Shown here one piece after another: positions 1 to 32,761 of a stretch of DNA of 64,000 nucleotides. The position numbers and the translations under genes were made by a program. Position 1 is the stretch's first letter; every line of letters starts with the position of its first letter. The stretch is from Euglena gracilis (lineage: Eukaryota), in assembly GCA_039621445.1 (NCBI GenBank), contig CP154954.1, positions 33,949,737-34,013,736 on the forward strand, in the 5' to 3' direction. The notes beneath the pieces were generated by a model, which saw nothing but the letters and a program-made list of their open reading frames with translations, had not been told where the DNA came from and did not search any database.

Positions 1-429
1 TTTGGCCAAGAACCCGAAAAACTTTCTGGCACCTTCGGCGCTGGGCGTTTAGACGGATGGGAATGCACTTTTCTTGTTGAGTCACAAAATTCTGGCAGTT
101 TCAGTGAAAATGCGCATCCGCGCATTCTGGAAGCGGAGTGCGCATGTGCAGATTCCGAATGGTTTGATGCCTCTTCCAGACTGTGTGTGAAAACACCACA
201 AAAATGAGCTGTTTCGATTTAAAACGACAACAAAGACCACCCACTCATATTCTACTTCAACTGCGTATCATGCTGTTTACAGCTGTTTCCCGACGACTGC
301 GGTAGAATGCATGGCTGGACACACACTGTGCACACTCCAAACGACATGCGGAACACGGGCGACACAGGCCAATTTGGACCTGGGTGTGCCACCTTGTGTT
401 CACCGATGTGTGCTGATGGCTTCCGGGGG

Positions 430-880
430 CAGGGCCTGGTGAACCCGGGATGAGCATGGGAAAGAACTCCTTGCAGCCAGAGAGACACAGCCCTCCCAAG
501 GTCAAAATAATAGGGGTGCCACTGAGTATCAAGGCCGAAGAATGCTCACCTGCGCATCTTTGGAAACCCAAAAAATTTTTTTTCGTGCTGCTTTTTCTGT
601 GCATTCCACTGTGTCGCACCATGGGAAAATGGATGAGAAAGGGAGTTCAGTGCCTGAGAAAATTCCTCAGTGACGGGCACCCTAATTCCCAACTGCGGTC
701 AGCAGCCTTTCATGGCATGAGTCAGAAGCTGGCGAATGGGCACATGCGCAAAAAAGCGTCCTGTGCCTTTCTTCAAATTACAGCCACACTGCTAAATTTT
801 TGCACTCCCAGGTGGGCCTGCCACCACCCACGCCAACTCCCCCTGCCTGGCCTGGGTTGGAAACCACACAGCTGAAGTGT
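430..880 (-). CDS. Tentative later MFS exon fragments (GGLHFS at ~850-878; LILSGTPIILT and FFPML at ~440-530)
   Basis: cag|GGA GGT CTA CAC TTC AGC resembles the GGLxFS loop of ZIFL-like proteins. Junctions not resolved. Confidence 0.3.
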
Positions 881-1207
881 AGACCTCCCTGCGAGGATCG
901 AATGGTGTCCGAGGACGAGGCAGCCCTGGAGCGAAACACAACAGAGGAGGACCACTGGGGCCTTGTTGGCAACGAACGTCATCCACCACACAAACCCTTA
1001 TTTATCGTATACTGAGTGTCGACGCTCCAGCACTGAAAACAACACCACCCTGGCCGCTGTGAAGACCAAGGAAAGCACATATGCACACACTTTCTGCACA
1101 GACCCCATCCGCAATGGCTGCAGTCAAGCATGGCACATCGGGATGAATGCGCACGTGAATTCCCTTCTTGTGTCTCCCCTTAAAGCACCCTGGTAGGAGG
1201 TTGCCAC

Positions 1208-1475
1208 CAGGGGTTTTTTTTAAGACCGGGGGAGGGGGGGGTCCCCCCACCCACCCCTGGGGGGCCCCCCCGGGGGTCCCGGGGGACCCACAAAAAAAAA
1301 GAGCGAAAAATTGCGAAAAATGCTCAAAAAAAAGCACTTTTTCAAAAATTTTCGGCGCCTTTGGCGGCGAAAAGTATATCCCACCCCCCTCCGGGGGGAC
1401 CCCCCGGGGTGGGGGGGGGGGCTCGGCCGGACCCACCCACCCTACGGGGGTCCACAACCAAAAAAAAAAACCCTG
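1208..1475. mobile_element. hAT-type MITE, family A
   Basis: Ends CAGGGGTTTTTTTT...AAAAAACCCTG; 8-bp TSD GTTGCCAC at 1200-1207 and 1476-1483. Confidence 0.85.
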
Positions 1476-1483
1476 GTTGCCAC

Positions 1484-2330
1484 CAGGCTTGTGCTTAAGT
1501 ACCCCGGGGGGGTACTGGCTAGCCAATCGGCTAGACACTGGAAAAAATGGACCAGCTAGACCCCCCCTCCCCAGGGTTCGATATAAGGACAGGTGGGGGG
1601 GGGGGGTCCGGACCCCCCCCCTGCGGGCCAGGAGGGGGGGGGGTGGGGGGGGAAACCCCCCCCCCACCTAAACAGGTGCGCGGTCTGGGTTACCGAAAAT
1701 TTTTGACCCCCAAAACGACCAAAAGTGCCATTTTGGGCACTTTTTGGGCGAAAATGTGCCAAAAATGCAAAAAAATTTTCGGCGCAAAGCTCCGGAGGAA
1801 AAAATTGACCATTTTTGGGGGGGGGGGTCCCGGGAAAAACCACCCCGAGGGTGGGGTCGGACCCCCCTGGCAGGTGGGGGGGGGTGCGGACCCCCCCTGC
1901 GAACCAGGAGGGGGGGGGGGTGGGGGGGGCCACCCCCCCACCTAAACCATGTACGCCCTCCTTATATCAAACCCTGGCCCTCCCCCCCGGGGGGGTCCGG
2001 GGGTCCCCCCAACTGGAAAAGTTTTTTTCCTCCGACGCTGCGTGCCGAGGTGGAAATGAGGTTATAGGTTTTGGGCTGGTTTTCTTCCAAAAATTCCCAA
2101 AAATGGCCAAAAACGGGCATTTTGGGCCATTTTGGGGAGTCCCAAAAAAAAATTTCCGGCGCTTTGCGCCGGTCACTGGAAAAAAAAATTCCACCAGCCA
2201 GCCGTGCTAGCAGACCCCCCCCACCCCCCGGGGGTCTGCTAGAAATCCCACTAGCCAAATTTGGACTAGCTGCAGTCCAGCCCCCCCCCCCCCCCGGGGG
2301 GGGGACTGCAATCCCTTAAGCACAAGCCTG
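1484..2330. mobile_element. hAT-type MITE, family B, with nested family C element at 1572-1976
   Basis: 16-bp TIR CAGGCTTGTGCTTAAG; TSD GTTGCCAC at 1476-1483 and 2331-2338. The nested element has TIR CAGGGTT(C/T)GATATAAGG and TSD CCCCTCCC/GCCCTCCC. Confidence 0.85.
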
Positions 2331-2400
2331 GTTGCCACGCAGGGCCATGCCAAACAACTTGGCACACAAGGTGGAGGCACAGTCCAGGAGACAGGGTCTA

Positions 2401-4299
2401 CCGCAAAAGTGGAATTTTAACATTTTGGTTACCTCTGTGGAGGCTCCGCGGAGCCTCAAGGTAACCAGCCTCCACGGAGACTAAGGTAACCAGCCTCTGC
2501 GGAGCCTCAAGGTAACCAGCCTCCACGGAGACTAAGGTAAACAGATTTGCCAGGGCATGTTCTGAACATGGAAATGAATGGGAATTTGTTTTTTTGTGTT
2601 GTAAAGAGAAACATTATTCAATGTCAAACACGGCGACTGCACTCAGTGGCAGATCATCCACTTCTGAACTTGTCAGAACCTGTCTGTTTTCTGCCCATTT
2701 GCACAGAGGATACAAAAAATTCACGGACTTTGGGTGGCAACAATAGAGCTTAAAACGAAAAAGAAAACGAATTCATTCAGCCAGAATTACAGCAAAATTA
2801 TCCAGAGGCCAGAATTGTACCCAAAATTGTGACCCTGATGGGATTTGTCTCAGCTTTTGAGCCCGGATTGCACTGGAGTGCATCGTCTACAAGGAGAACT
2901 AACAGTCACGCAGGGGGAGGTGGCAAGCAAACTGCACGTCAGCACAGATGTCATGTTGCAAAAAAAGGTAACGTGAAATCCAAAGCGGCGTCCATTTATC
3001 TGTGCCGGGGGGAGGGGGGCAGGGGGGGAGGGCACCTCCGCCCCCCCCGGACCCCCCCCTGCCCCCACCCCCCTTCCCTTCTCCCACCTACCCCCCCCCC
3101 CCCCCCCCCCCCCACTTCCCAATAACAACATCCTATTATGTGGACCAGGGGCTTTCTTAAGGACCCGGGGGGGGGGGGGGTCCAGCCTCCGGCTGGCAAA
3201 AAGGCTGTTGGCTGGAAATGAGCTGCTGGCTGGACCCTCCCCCCCCGGGGATGGGGGGTCCGGGGCTGGAGCAGGCTGGGCTGGGCTGGGTCGATGAAAA
3301 CCAAAATTTTCTAACACATTTTTGCCGTTTTTGACATTTTGATGGATGGATCTGGATCAAGGCTGGGGGGCTGTGATGGAGGAAGCTGTAATGAGGGGAA
3401 AAAATGCAGGGATAGGTGAGCTGGGCAGCCCAGTTGGCTGGCCAGCCTGCGGCCGGCTGGCCCGGCCTCCGGCCGGGCTGGACCCGACTTTATTTCACTC
3501 GACCCCTGGGACAGCCCGAATTTGGGCTGCTGGCTGGATTTGAGCTGCTGGCTGGCTGGACCCCACCCCCCCGAGGGATGGGGTGCCCTCCGGCTTACGA
3601 AAACCCCTGGTGTGGACAAAATTTGGCGGACATGGCGCAAATGGCAAACAGGTAAACAATAAAGTTAACAAAATAAGGCGGACATGTCGTTTTTGTGGTA
3701 AATGGATAAATGGTTTCGAACAAGTTTGGCGGATATGGCTTAAATGGCAAACGGGTGAACGGTCTGTGCTCATCAACGGACATGGCATTTTTGTCGCAAA
3801 CGGGGGGTATAGGGACGTGTGTGAGGGAAAAAAAGTTTTGTTTTTGTGGGGACGTGGGCGGTGCTGGAGTCTAAACAAAATTCAATTTGTAAAAAGATAT
3901 ATGGCAAAAATGAAAATTTTTTTTGTGGAGTTGGGTGAAAAAATTAAAATAAAATTCCTCTTCCTCTGGGCACCAGTGTGGGTGAAGTGGGGGGGGGGGT
4001 TGGCGCCAACCTGTAAAACATTTTTTATTTTTTTTGGCCCGCGTACAGAATTGGTTGCCTCCGCGGAGCCTCCGCGGATGCTCCAAGGAAACCAGCCTCC
4101 GTGGAGACTCTGAGGTAACCAGCCACCGCGGAGCCTCCGAAGAGCCTCAAAGAAACCAGCCTCCGCGGAGACTCAAGGTAACCAGCCTCTGCGGAGGCTA
4201 CCAGCCTCCGTGGAGGTTCTGAGGAGGCTAAGGTAACCAGCCTCCGCGGAGCCTCCGCGGAGACTAAGGTAACCAAAAGTTAGGATTCCACATTTGCTG
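2401..4299. mobile_element. TIR element with subterminal GGTAACCAGCCTCCGCGGAG tandem repeats; contains a nested MITE
   Basis: Imperfect ~30-bp inverted ends (GCAAAAGTGGAATTTTAACATTTTGGTTACC / GGTAACCAAAAGTTAGGATTCCACATTTGC). Repeats at 2430-2540 and 4050-4275. TSD not clear. Confidence 0.55.
3146..3609. mobile_element. hAT-type MITE, family D
   Basis: CAGGGG...CCCCTG; TSD ATGTGGAC/GTGTGGAC; largely identical to 5575-6151. Confidence 0.85.
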
Positions 4300-4339
4300 G
4301 GACCCCAGGAGACATACACCCGACTTTGGCGGCATCCAC

Positions 4340-4529
4340 CTGTGCAATGAGATGCCACTGAAATCGCTGCCAAAAGGGCCAGCATGCCACAATGCTGTGC
4401 TGGCACTGGGTTCGGGTTTCCAAGCACAACTCCCCACAACACAGGGAGTGCGCACCTGCGCACTCCCCCTGACGGAGTGCGCAGGTGCGCACTCTTGTGG
4501 ATGCCTAGCGCTGCTCCCCTCCTGCTCTC
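4340..4529 (-). CDS. Tentative further MFS exons (4501-4529, and from 4436 downward) separated by a 64-nt hairpin intron candidate at 4437-4500
   Basis: The AG acceptor at 4530-4531 is in the phase required by the previous exon (GEQEGSSARH). Removing the hairpin gives WGVVLGNP...GMLALLAA, which is weakly TM7-like. Confidence 0.35.
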
Positions 4530-5574
4530 CTGCAGATAGAATCACAGCCAGCCAGCGAAGGTATGGCCACAAGAGTGTGCACGTGTGCATTCTTGTGCTT
4601 CATGCAACCTCAGAGAGGAGCCGTTTTATATCGTTTGTGAGGGCTGTTCTGGAGGGTGCAATCTGTTGCAGAGAGGATTGAAGCGGGGCTCCGCTCCATA
4701 GCTTTTAAAACCAGTGACACACAGGAAAAGAGTGCAAGCCAGCCCCCCCCCTCCATACCCAGCACCCCATCCCAAACGTCAGACCTAAACACAGGTGGCC
4801 CCACATGGTGGTGTGCCGTGGTGCCTATGAGAAGGCACATGCGGAGAGGACGGCGTACGCCACTGGAAGATGCTGTGCCTGCATGTGTCGCAGAGGGGTG
4901 CAGTGCACCGTGTGGAATGCAAACAGCAGGCAGCCGGAAGAGGGTAATGAGCCCTCCCTACAAATATCTAATGTGAATTTAAACACCACCACTCTCTGAA
5001 TGCAGACTACACGCGTACACGCACACCAAACATTCACTAGCGCCCCCTCGTGCCCTGCTTCCAACACAGGGCACAGAACCTCAGAGACCACGGTGATTCC
5101 TTCCCACAACCACCGGGGGAGCCACAACAAACGTCCAAAAAGACGCCAGGAAAAGACCAGGACGGGGAGGGGGGTGAATGCGCACCTGCGCATTCACTGG
5201 GCACCACAAAACAGGGGGGACAGCAACAGGTACAACGGCTTCACCTGACCAGGTTTCGTCCCCGTGAAACAGCGGCGTTTTGTGTCGCACCTCTTTCGGC
5301 AGACAGGGTTCCCCCCCCCCCCCCGTCGGCGTAGGTGGTAAACTGTCATTTTCAAAACGAAAAAGGTCGGTTTACCAAGGAAAAAACCCGGGGGTCGAAG
5401 GTAATGGTACCCATTATTGTACCACGGGTTTCAGCTGACGGGTGCACCGCCCCGTGAAGTGATGGCAACGCAGTTCGTGAAAAAAGAATGCGCAGGTGCG
5501 CAAAAAACTACCAAAAAAGAAAAGTACATTCCCGGCCGTCTAAGGGGTGGCCACATTCGCCCAATCCTGGCGAC

Positions 5575-6151
5575 CAGGGGATTTCTTAAGGACCCGGGGG
5601 GGGGGGGTCCAGCCTCCGGCTGGCAAAAAGGCTGCTGGATGGATTTGAGCTGGCTGGCTGGAATAAAAAAAAAAAAAAAAAAAAAAACAAAAACAACACA
5701 AAAAAAAAAAAAAAACAAAAACAAAAAAAAAAAAAAAGTAAGGGGGGGGGGAGGGGGGGAGGCGGGCGGGGGGGTGGGGCGGGGGGGGTGGGGGGGTCCG
5801 GGGCTGGAGGGGGCTGGGCTGGGCTGGGCTGGGTCGGTGAAAAACAAAATTTTCTAACACATTTTTGCCGTTTTCGACATTTTGATGGATGGATCTGGAT
5901 CAAGGCTGGGGGGCTGTGATGGAGGAAGCTGTAATGAGGGGAAAAAATGCAGGGATAGGTGAGCTGGGCAGCCCAGTTGGCTGGCCAGCCTGCGGCCGGC
6001 TGGCCCGGCCTCCGGCCGGGCTGGACCCGACTTTATTTCACTCGACCCCCGGGACAGCCCGAATTTGGGCTGCTGGCTGGATTTGAGCTGCTGGCTGGCT
6101 GGACCCCACCCCCCGGGGGGTAGGGTACCCTCCGGCTTACGAAATCCCCTG
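5575..6151. mobile_element. hAT-type MITE, family D
   Basis: CAGGGGATTTC...GAAATCCCCTG; perfect TSD CTGGCGAC. Confidence 0.88.
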
Positions 6152-7852
6152 CTGGCGACCCCCCGGGGGGGGGGGAGTCTGGAGCAGCCATTCATTTAGT
6201 GCGCACCACAACTTCGTGGTGATACACAAATTTTCCTTGGGTGATACACAGGTGATACACAAAAATCTTCGATGTGATGCACATATTTTTGCCTCATTAT
6301 TTTCATCGGAAATCAAAAATTTTTGTAAAGGTCTGGCTCCCTTCGGGCGGCTGAAGAATAAATAAAATCCATCACTTCGACTAAAGAGACATCCTCGTTT
6401 CGCGGGAACCAAACCCATTGGATTTGAAATCTCCTTCAAAACGCGGAAGCATTGGGTTTCGCTTCAAACAAGAATGCAAATTACTTTCCGGTTCACCTTC
6501 TTCTGACCCCCAGTGGGGGTGGGTGGTCACCGCTCTTCCAAAAAAACCAGTCACTCACTTCTTTTTGGAAAACATGGTCGTGGAGGGATCGGCCAATCCG
6601 GAATCCAAGGGAGAAAAAAAGGCAAAAAGTTTTCTGGCGCCTTCGCCGTCAGGCCGCTTTAGTGGTTTTTTTGCCGACCCCCCCCCCCCCAGTGGAGGGG
6701 CCAAAGGCCAGTCAGTCACTCTGGGAAAACCAGTGACCCATGTTTCCATCACGACAGATGCAAATCAAAGAAACATTGGATCATTCTGTTTTTGCCACAT
6801 AATCACCGAAAGATGACAAAGATAGATATTTCTGGCATTGGTGCTGAGCGAAAAGAAATTAAAAATATATTTTCCATATTATATTAGATATTTAGCAGGG
6901 GTTTCTTTGAGGACCCCAAGCGTGCCGATCAAGACAAGAAACAGAAGAGTGCTGCATTCGCTGCAGCGGGAGAAATAAAATAAAGGGTAAGCATTACAAC
7001 GTTAAATTTTTTCTATGAGAAAAACATATTTTTTTTTCAATTTCAGCAAATTTTCTGGTGATACACAAAGTGATACACAAACTTTTTTGGATGATACGCA
7101 AATGCTGCACAAATCTTTCTTTTTTTGGTGATACAAAGTGTAACACAAAATTTTTTGATGTGATGCACATGATACACAAAAAATTTTGGTGAACACTAAC
7201 TGAATGTGTGGTCTAGAGCCAAAAACCAGTCGGTCACCCCCCCCCCCCCCCCCGGGAGTCAGATACCATAAGCAATGGTATGGTCCACACACCAGGCCCA
7301 GCTCCAGGCCACAAACCAGGCCCAGCCCACCAAACATCACACTTCGGAGTCAATGCCGATGGCAGCCCTTCTTTAAACCCGGGTCCTCAAAATTGGAATC
7401 CTACCTTTCTGGTTTCCTGATGGAGGGAAACCAGGAACTGGGAAGACTCCAGGTGGCCAGGTGGCCGGGTTGTGCCCTTGAAGAAAATCCAAGTTCAACC
7501 CACACAACACTGAGGGTCGCCCAGGGTATTAAGTGAGCGGAGAGTGGAGGGACAGACTGGACCCTCTTCCCCCAGGGCCCCCCCTTTGCAAGAATTTTTT
7601 TCGGTGCAAAGCGCAGGAAAAATTTTGGGGCCTTGAAAAACGCCCCAAAATGCGTTTTTCACACTTTGTTTTGAATAATCGGTCAAAACATAAGCCATAC
7701 TTTTCATCTTTTCTGGCGCAAAGCGCCGGTATTTTTTTTTGGTTCAGGGGGTCCCTGACCCCCCTGGTCGGAAGGGGAGGGGTATGACCCCCCCCCTCTC
7801 CCCGCAAAACCACCATCACTTAACACCCTGGGATCGTCCTTTAGCCACAAAC

Positions 7853-27094
<19,242 letters not shown>

Positions 27095-30051
27095 CTGGCA
27101 ACAACGTGAGGGGTGAGGAGTGGTACCATTTTGGGCGCCGCAAAATTTTGCCAAAAATGCAAAAAATTTTCGGCGCGAAGCGACGGAGGAAAAAAATTGA
27201 CCCTTTTGGGGGGGTCCCGGGTACCCCCCCCCCCAGGGTCGGTCCGGACCCCCCTGGCAGGTGGGGGGGGGGGTGGTCTGGCCCCCCCCCCCTGCGGGCC
27301 AGGAGGGGGGGGGGGTGGGGGGACACCCCCCACCTAAACCCCATACGCCCTCCTTATATCAAACCCTGGGGGGGATAATTGTGGTGGCGACCATTGCCCG
27401 GGGTTTTAAATGCACTCCCAATCCGGAATGCGGAGAGAAACAGTGGGCTTGACCTTCACCGCTATCTTAACTGTCCAAAATGTGAAGCTAGGATCAATCT
27501 GTTTTGAGAGATATCGGCTGGCAAAAAAAAACCTGACAGAATACTCTGTGATGTTCAGATGCACAAGAATATGCACAAAAATATGCACATTCTGGCTGCT
27601 TTTTTGCCTGACAGGGAAAATGACGAATATCGAGATCCCACTGCCACTCTGGGAGGGGTAGTACAACGCTCTTAGAGTGCTCTCGTTCGCCCACCAGAGG
27701 GTTATTAAACACTTGTGTTGTTTGTAATGTACCAGTATGGAGTGTACACCCAACGGGCAGTTTCCGCCAATGACTTCAGGAGCATGTGCACGTGCGCGCG
27801 TGCATGCGCATGTGTGTTTGGCATCATACTGGGTCTCGGGGGTTGTTGCGGCATGTGTCATCCCTCCATGGGGCTGCAAAGAAAGAAACCAGTTGGACTT
27901 CTGCCAAATATTTCGAAGTAGGCAGTCTGGGTCAAAGGATAAAATTTTTGTTTCAATCAGGGTGCTTAGTGACCCCCGGGGGTCCAGCTCAGAGGCTGGA
28001 CCCCCCTTTTTTCGACCTTTTTGGGTCTAAAAAGGCTGCTGGCTTTCTTCAACCCAAAAAGATCCACGGAGGTGCCCCCGGCTGGAAGCGGCCTGAGCCC
28101 GACTGGGGGTCGCACCAGGGAAAAAAAATTGAAACAGACCAAAAACTGCCACCTATAGAAAAAAAAATCATTTTTTTGACATGGCCTGCTCTTTTTCAAC
28201 CCATCTTTGCCCGTTTTTGGCCCAATTTGAGACCTCTAAAACCGAAAAATCCGTTACCATCCAGCCGTCCTTTGGGAGACTCCAAAACAGTTTAAACGTC
28301 GATGGCGGGGGTCTGGAGCTGGAAAAAGCTGCTGGCTAGAAAAAGGCTGCAGGTGGGCTGGACCCCGGGGGGGATGGGGCAGGGGGAAATATGCAGCAAG
28401 GCACCTCGAAATATGCAATGCAAAAAAATGCAGAAAAGTGCAAATAAAAAGATACAAAAAGAATGCAAGTTGCATATGTAGATTCCTTCAGGAGCTCCCC
28501 GGGGCTGTACACTTCTCCACTGGAAAGGACTTAGAAAACTTTCACCTGCTCCAAAAATGCAACACCAAAATAGAATGTGGGTGCAAACTACAAAGTCATA
28601 TGGTGGTTCACCTAATTGCATCCACTTATCCATTGATTTCATTATGCAACTGCTTATGTGCATTAGGTCCGTATGCAACTTCCCGCTCTCTGGCAGTGGA
28701 GCAATTTGCCCGTTTTGTCTGTGCAAATGCATGGGGAAAAAATCGGAAATCGGAAAAACAAAATGTGCAAAAAATGTAAAAAATGTAAAAAATGCAAAAA
28801 AATATTCAAAAATTTTCATTATGCAAAAAAATGCACATTATGCAACTTGCATATCCCCCCCTGGATGGGGTGCCCTTTGGTTTAAGCGGCGCCTTGGTTT
28901 CGGTTCCTTCTATGGACAACATTGCTCATGAAAACAATGAAATGAACTCACTTTGCATGCATCTTTGCCTGCTGACTTTCACCGCCAAATGGAGTAAAAG
29001 AATGGTGCCACCAAAGCCATTTTGAGGTGAGGCATGAACTATTTGCTCTCATTGGACAATGGAAAGTGCTTTGACTGTTTCCCATTCTCCAAACCCTTAT
29101 GCCAACCTTTTCTCCAAACCTCGAGCCCTTACCCTTCACTGGCAAGCCCTTGCTTCGGAACTAAAGATGAGCACTAACCCATGCAAATTTTCCTCCCATT
29201 CATCACATATATGGTGTGGCATTCTCCCTGGAGCCTCCCCAGGGGAGTTGGTTGAGGAGACATAAAATCTTCTTGTGCATGAGCCAACCTTTGCCTGTTT
29301 GACACGAAGGCAATTGAGCCAAAAACAGAGCACATTTCAGCGGATGAAATCAGACTGCAGCTAACCAACCTAGGGGGGGAGATTCGGGTTGCACTGGAAT
29401 GCCTGGGCAGGTATTGGAATGCCTAGGCATTACATTACGCTGCACTGCTGCACTATCAAACTACCCCATTGAGGGGTCAAAATGCTCAGAAAAGGCTTCT
29501 CTGGGCTTCAGGCGCCTTTGGCGCCGGAAGAGCCTTGGCCGAGTACGAGTAGTAGGGGTGGACCTGGTTGCCTTGGAGTGCCTGCCCAGGCAGGCCCCCC
29601 AAAGTGGGGTTGGCCTCGCCCCAAAATTCAGCCTGGATGACAATACATCAGCAACATGATGCCAGGGTGGAATAGAAATACAAAATTCTGCAAAATTCAC
29701 AAAATATATTTTAATTGTAATGATTACAACAACCCAAAAAACAGATGACTAAATGATGTTGTCACAATTTGGTATAACTCCTAGCAAACACCTGCAAATA
29801 CCTGTTCAATCCTAGGGAATGGAGTATGGCTCACAGAAAGAAGGTATTGTTCAGTTTCAAAAAGGGGCCCACGTCATGTTGCAGTCACGGACGGCAAGAC
29901 CACTGGCAAGAATAGGACGTGGCAAAGGGAGTTGTCCCACAAGAAAGGAACCCATCGCCACATGGACAACATTTGCGTGCGGGAGAAGGATAGGGTACAA
30001 GGGGGCAGGGCAGACGTGGGCGTCCTTGTGTAGCGTTCCGGGGGACCCGAG

Positions 30052-31632
30052 TCATCGAAGGGGCTCGTCCTCCGTGGTGTTGCCCCAGGGGTCGCTGCCG
30101 CCGTGCGAGGAGTCGGACAGCTCCTCGGGGCCGTCGCCCCCCAACCCGTGCACCCCCCCCCCCGTCCCACCGAGCCAGGCGGGCCGTCCGGCCCTGGTCC
30201 AGTGGTCCAGCCCTGGCCGTGGTCTGCCCACCGCCTGCCTTGGCGCGCCACGGCACCGCCGCACGGGGTCCCCGGGGCATCTTTCCCCCAAAGCGACGAC
30301 CGTTCACAAACCCAGCCTCTGCTCTCGAGTGCGTCCCCAGAGGTCAAGGGTGGGGACAGGCTGGGGGGGCCACGCGCGGTGGAGTCGACCCGGCCGGGGG
30401 CCCGCTGGGGCACCGGGGCGGGGGCGGCGGGGGCGGGGGGGCCGTGCCGGCGGGCGAGGAAGAGGGCGCCGAGAACGCCGTGGGCCATGGCCAGGGGTTG
30501 GTGGGGGGGGGGGGGGGGGGAGGGGGGTTGGCCCCGGGGGGTCCCGGGGGACCCATCCACTTTTCCCCCAAAATGGCCAAAAATCGCGAAAATGCCAAAA
30601 AATAGCACCCTTTTCAAAAATTTTCGGCGCCTTCGGCGCCATATTTTTCAACAAACAACGAGCAAAAAACAACAAAAGAAGCTAACAATCGACTTAATCC
30701 ACCGTTGCAAAAAAAAAATCAGAAAGCCCCGCACCACGCGTCACGAAAGAACTGACCCCAAAATCTTCAGAAGTCAGATAGATGAGTGGAGAAAATGCAA
30801 AGGAATGGATGGCAGAAATATGGATCAGCGAGAGCAGATGGCAACATAATCATACCCACTCATGCTCAGACATGGGGAGGCAACCTGACTCGTAAAAAAA
30901 TCTGCCAGACATTTCAAAAATCAAAATGCGTTCAACTGGGGGGTATGCAGATATGAGAACGCTACTTCACCAGAGGCTTTTAAGTTTAATCTTCCAATGC
31001 ACACACAGATGACCTTGGTATAAAGATGGGTAGGGATCAGAGTTTGCATGAGGCACTGTTTGGAGGAGCAGAACCTTGGTGGGCGTGACACTTACACGTG
31101 GAGGCACCGCCTGAACTGGTTCACCGCCTTTCGGAGGCCTCTGTCCTTGATTTCACCTTGGCACTTTAGAGTTTTGTCACTCTGGTGGGCACTGGGCATT
31201 TCGGGGGGGGGGGAGGCCGCCCCCTGCCACCCCCTGGGCAGCCGCGGCCGTCGGGCCGGGGGGCCGACCGTCGCTGCCGCCTTCCTCTTCACCCCCTTGC
31301 CCTTGCCTTTCCCCTTGCCCTTGCCCTTGCCCTTGCCGGGGACGAGGGGCTTCTGGGGCAGCGCGGCCCCGGGGCCCCCCTTTCGAGCCCCCCAACGTCA
31401 CAAGGGGCGGGGGGGGGGGGTGCTGGGCGGTGCCAATGGCTGGCGGTTTGTTGGGAGGCATTGGTGGGGACGAAGGGGCGGCGGGAAACGTCCCCCTCCC
31501 CTTCCAAGGATGGACTGGGGGCCAACGCGTTGGGGGGGGGGGTGTCTGTGGCAGCCGCGCCAACGCCAGCGCAGGGGGACGCAACGGGGGAAAGGGTCGC
31601 CCCGCATGCCTTCCCACGGCGTTGTCCAGCCG
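30052..31632 (-). CDS. Probable GC-rich low-complexity exons (~31200-31632 and ~30052-30490), possibly the 3' part of the 32.8-kb gene or the 5' part of the MFS gene
   Basis: GC-rich islands with a (GGCAAG)n repeat and the peptide EELSDSSHGGSDPWGNTTEDEPLR*. Frame and exon joins unresolved. Confidence 0.3.
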
Positions 31633-32761
31633 GGGCCACGCCGTTGCTTGCTGGCCCTCGGGTGTGGGTTCACAATCCATTTTCAGAAAACAAGTGAGTG
31701 AAAAAGCCGAAATAATCACCCAAGGATCGTGTCAAAAAAAAAACTGTTCACGAATAAATCGGAACCTGCAATTCACTTGAGAAATCATTTGGTGAGAAAA
31801 ATTTAGTAAAATTTCACAAACTAAAAATAAAAACCCCCAACTCTCCCCTGTGCAAAAACAACACTCAGTCAATACCCTGTCCCCCCCCCCCCGCCAAGAC
31901 TTTGCACGTGTTGCTGCCAAGTGTCACAAAGGGCAGACCAGGGGTTGCACTGCTGAATGCACCGTTGCTTTTTGTCGATTTTTCAAAAAAAATTTGACCC
32001 AAAATTTCTGCTCCCGCAAAGAAACTTTGCGAGGCAGGAGGAAATCGAAAACTTATTTGGGGAGGAGGCTGCATCATTTTTTGGGCCCCTCTCCCGCTTC
32101 GGGTTTTCCTGGACTTCAAAAAAATACAGGAGTTAACCCCCCCCCAAAAGAATCCGGGCCGGGCTGGGCCGGACGGAAAAAATGACACCCTGATGGGGTA
32201 ATATTGCAAACCAATATTACCTCCCCCCCCCCTTGTCTAAGCACCGGAAAGATGGGTAAGAACCGGGGGGGGGGGGTGCTTATTTTGCCATAATATGGGT
32301 AAGAACGAAGGGGGTGGTGCTTTGACAAGGGGGAAAAATTTGACTGCAAAAAAAAAATCTGGCGCTTCGCGCCGAAAACGAAAAATCCCCTTATTTTGGA
32401 GGTCCACTGTTGAACTCACACACATTTGGATGCAGAAATCAACAATACCTCACCAAATCAGGTCTCAGAAATTGCAGAAATTTCGAACTTTTTGAGAAAT
32501 TTCCCTTAAAAATGCACACAAAATAAACATCCCCGTGACGATGACCTTTAAAAAGATGGGTAAGAACCGGGGGGGTGGTGCTTAGACAAGGGGGGGGGGG
32601 GAGGTACAATGCTTGCCGAAAAGAATTTTCTCCACAGTGCCAAATTCTCAACAAATATACTTTTCTTCAAGAATGACTTCAGCCACGCAAACAATAAATC
32701 CCAGCAACGTCAAAGAAACTATGCACTTCTCCCAAACTCAAGGGCAAGCAGGGGCCTGGCT

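Noticed and set aside
6880-6961. Candidate MFS exon after a strong pyrimidine-rich AG acceptor
   Set aside because: The required phase hits TGA after about 10 codons and no donor was found.
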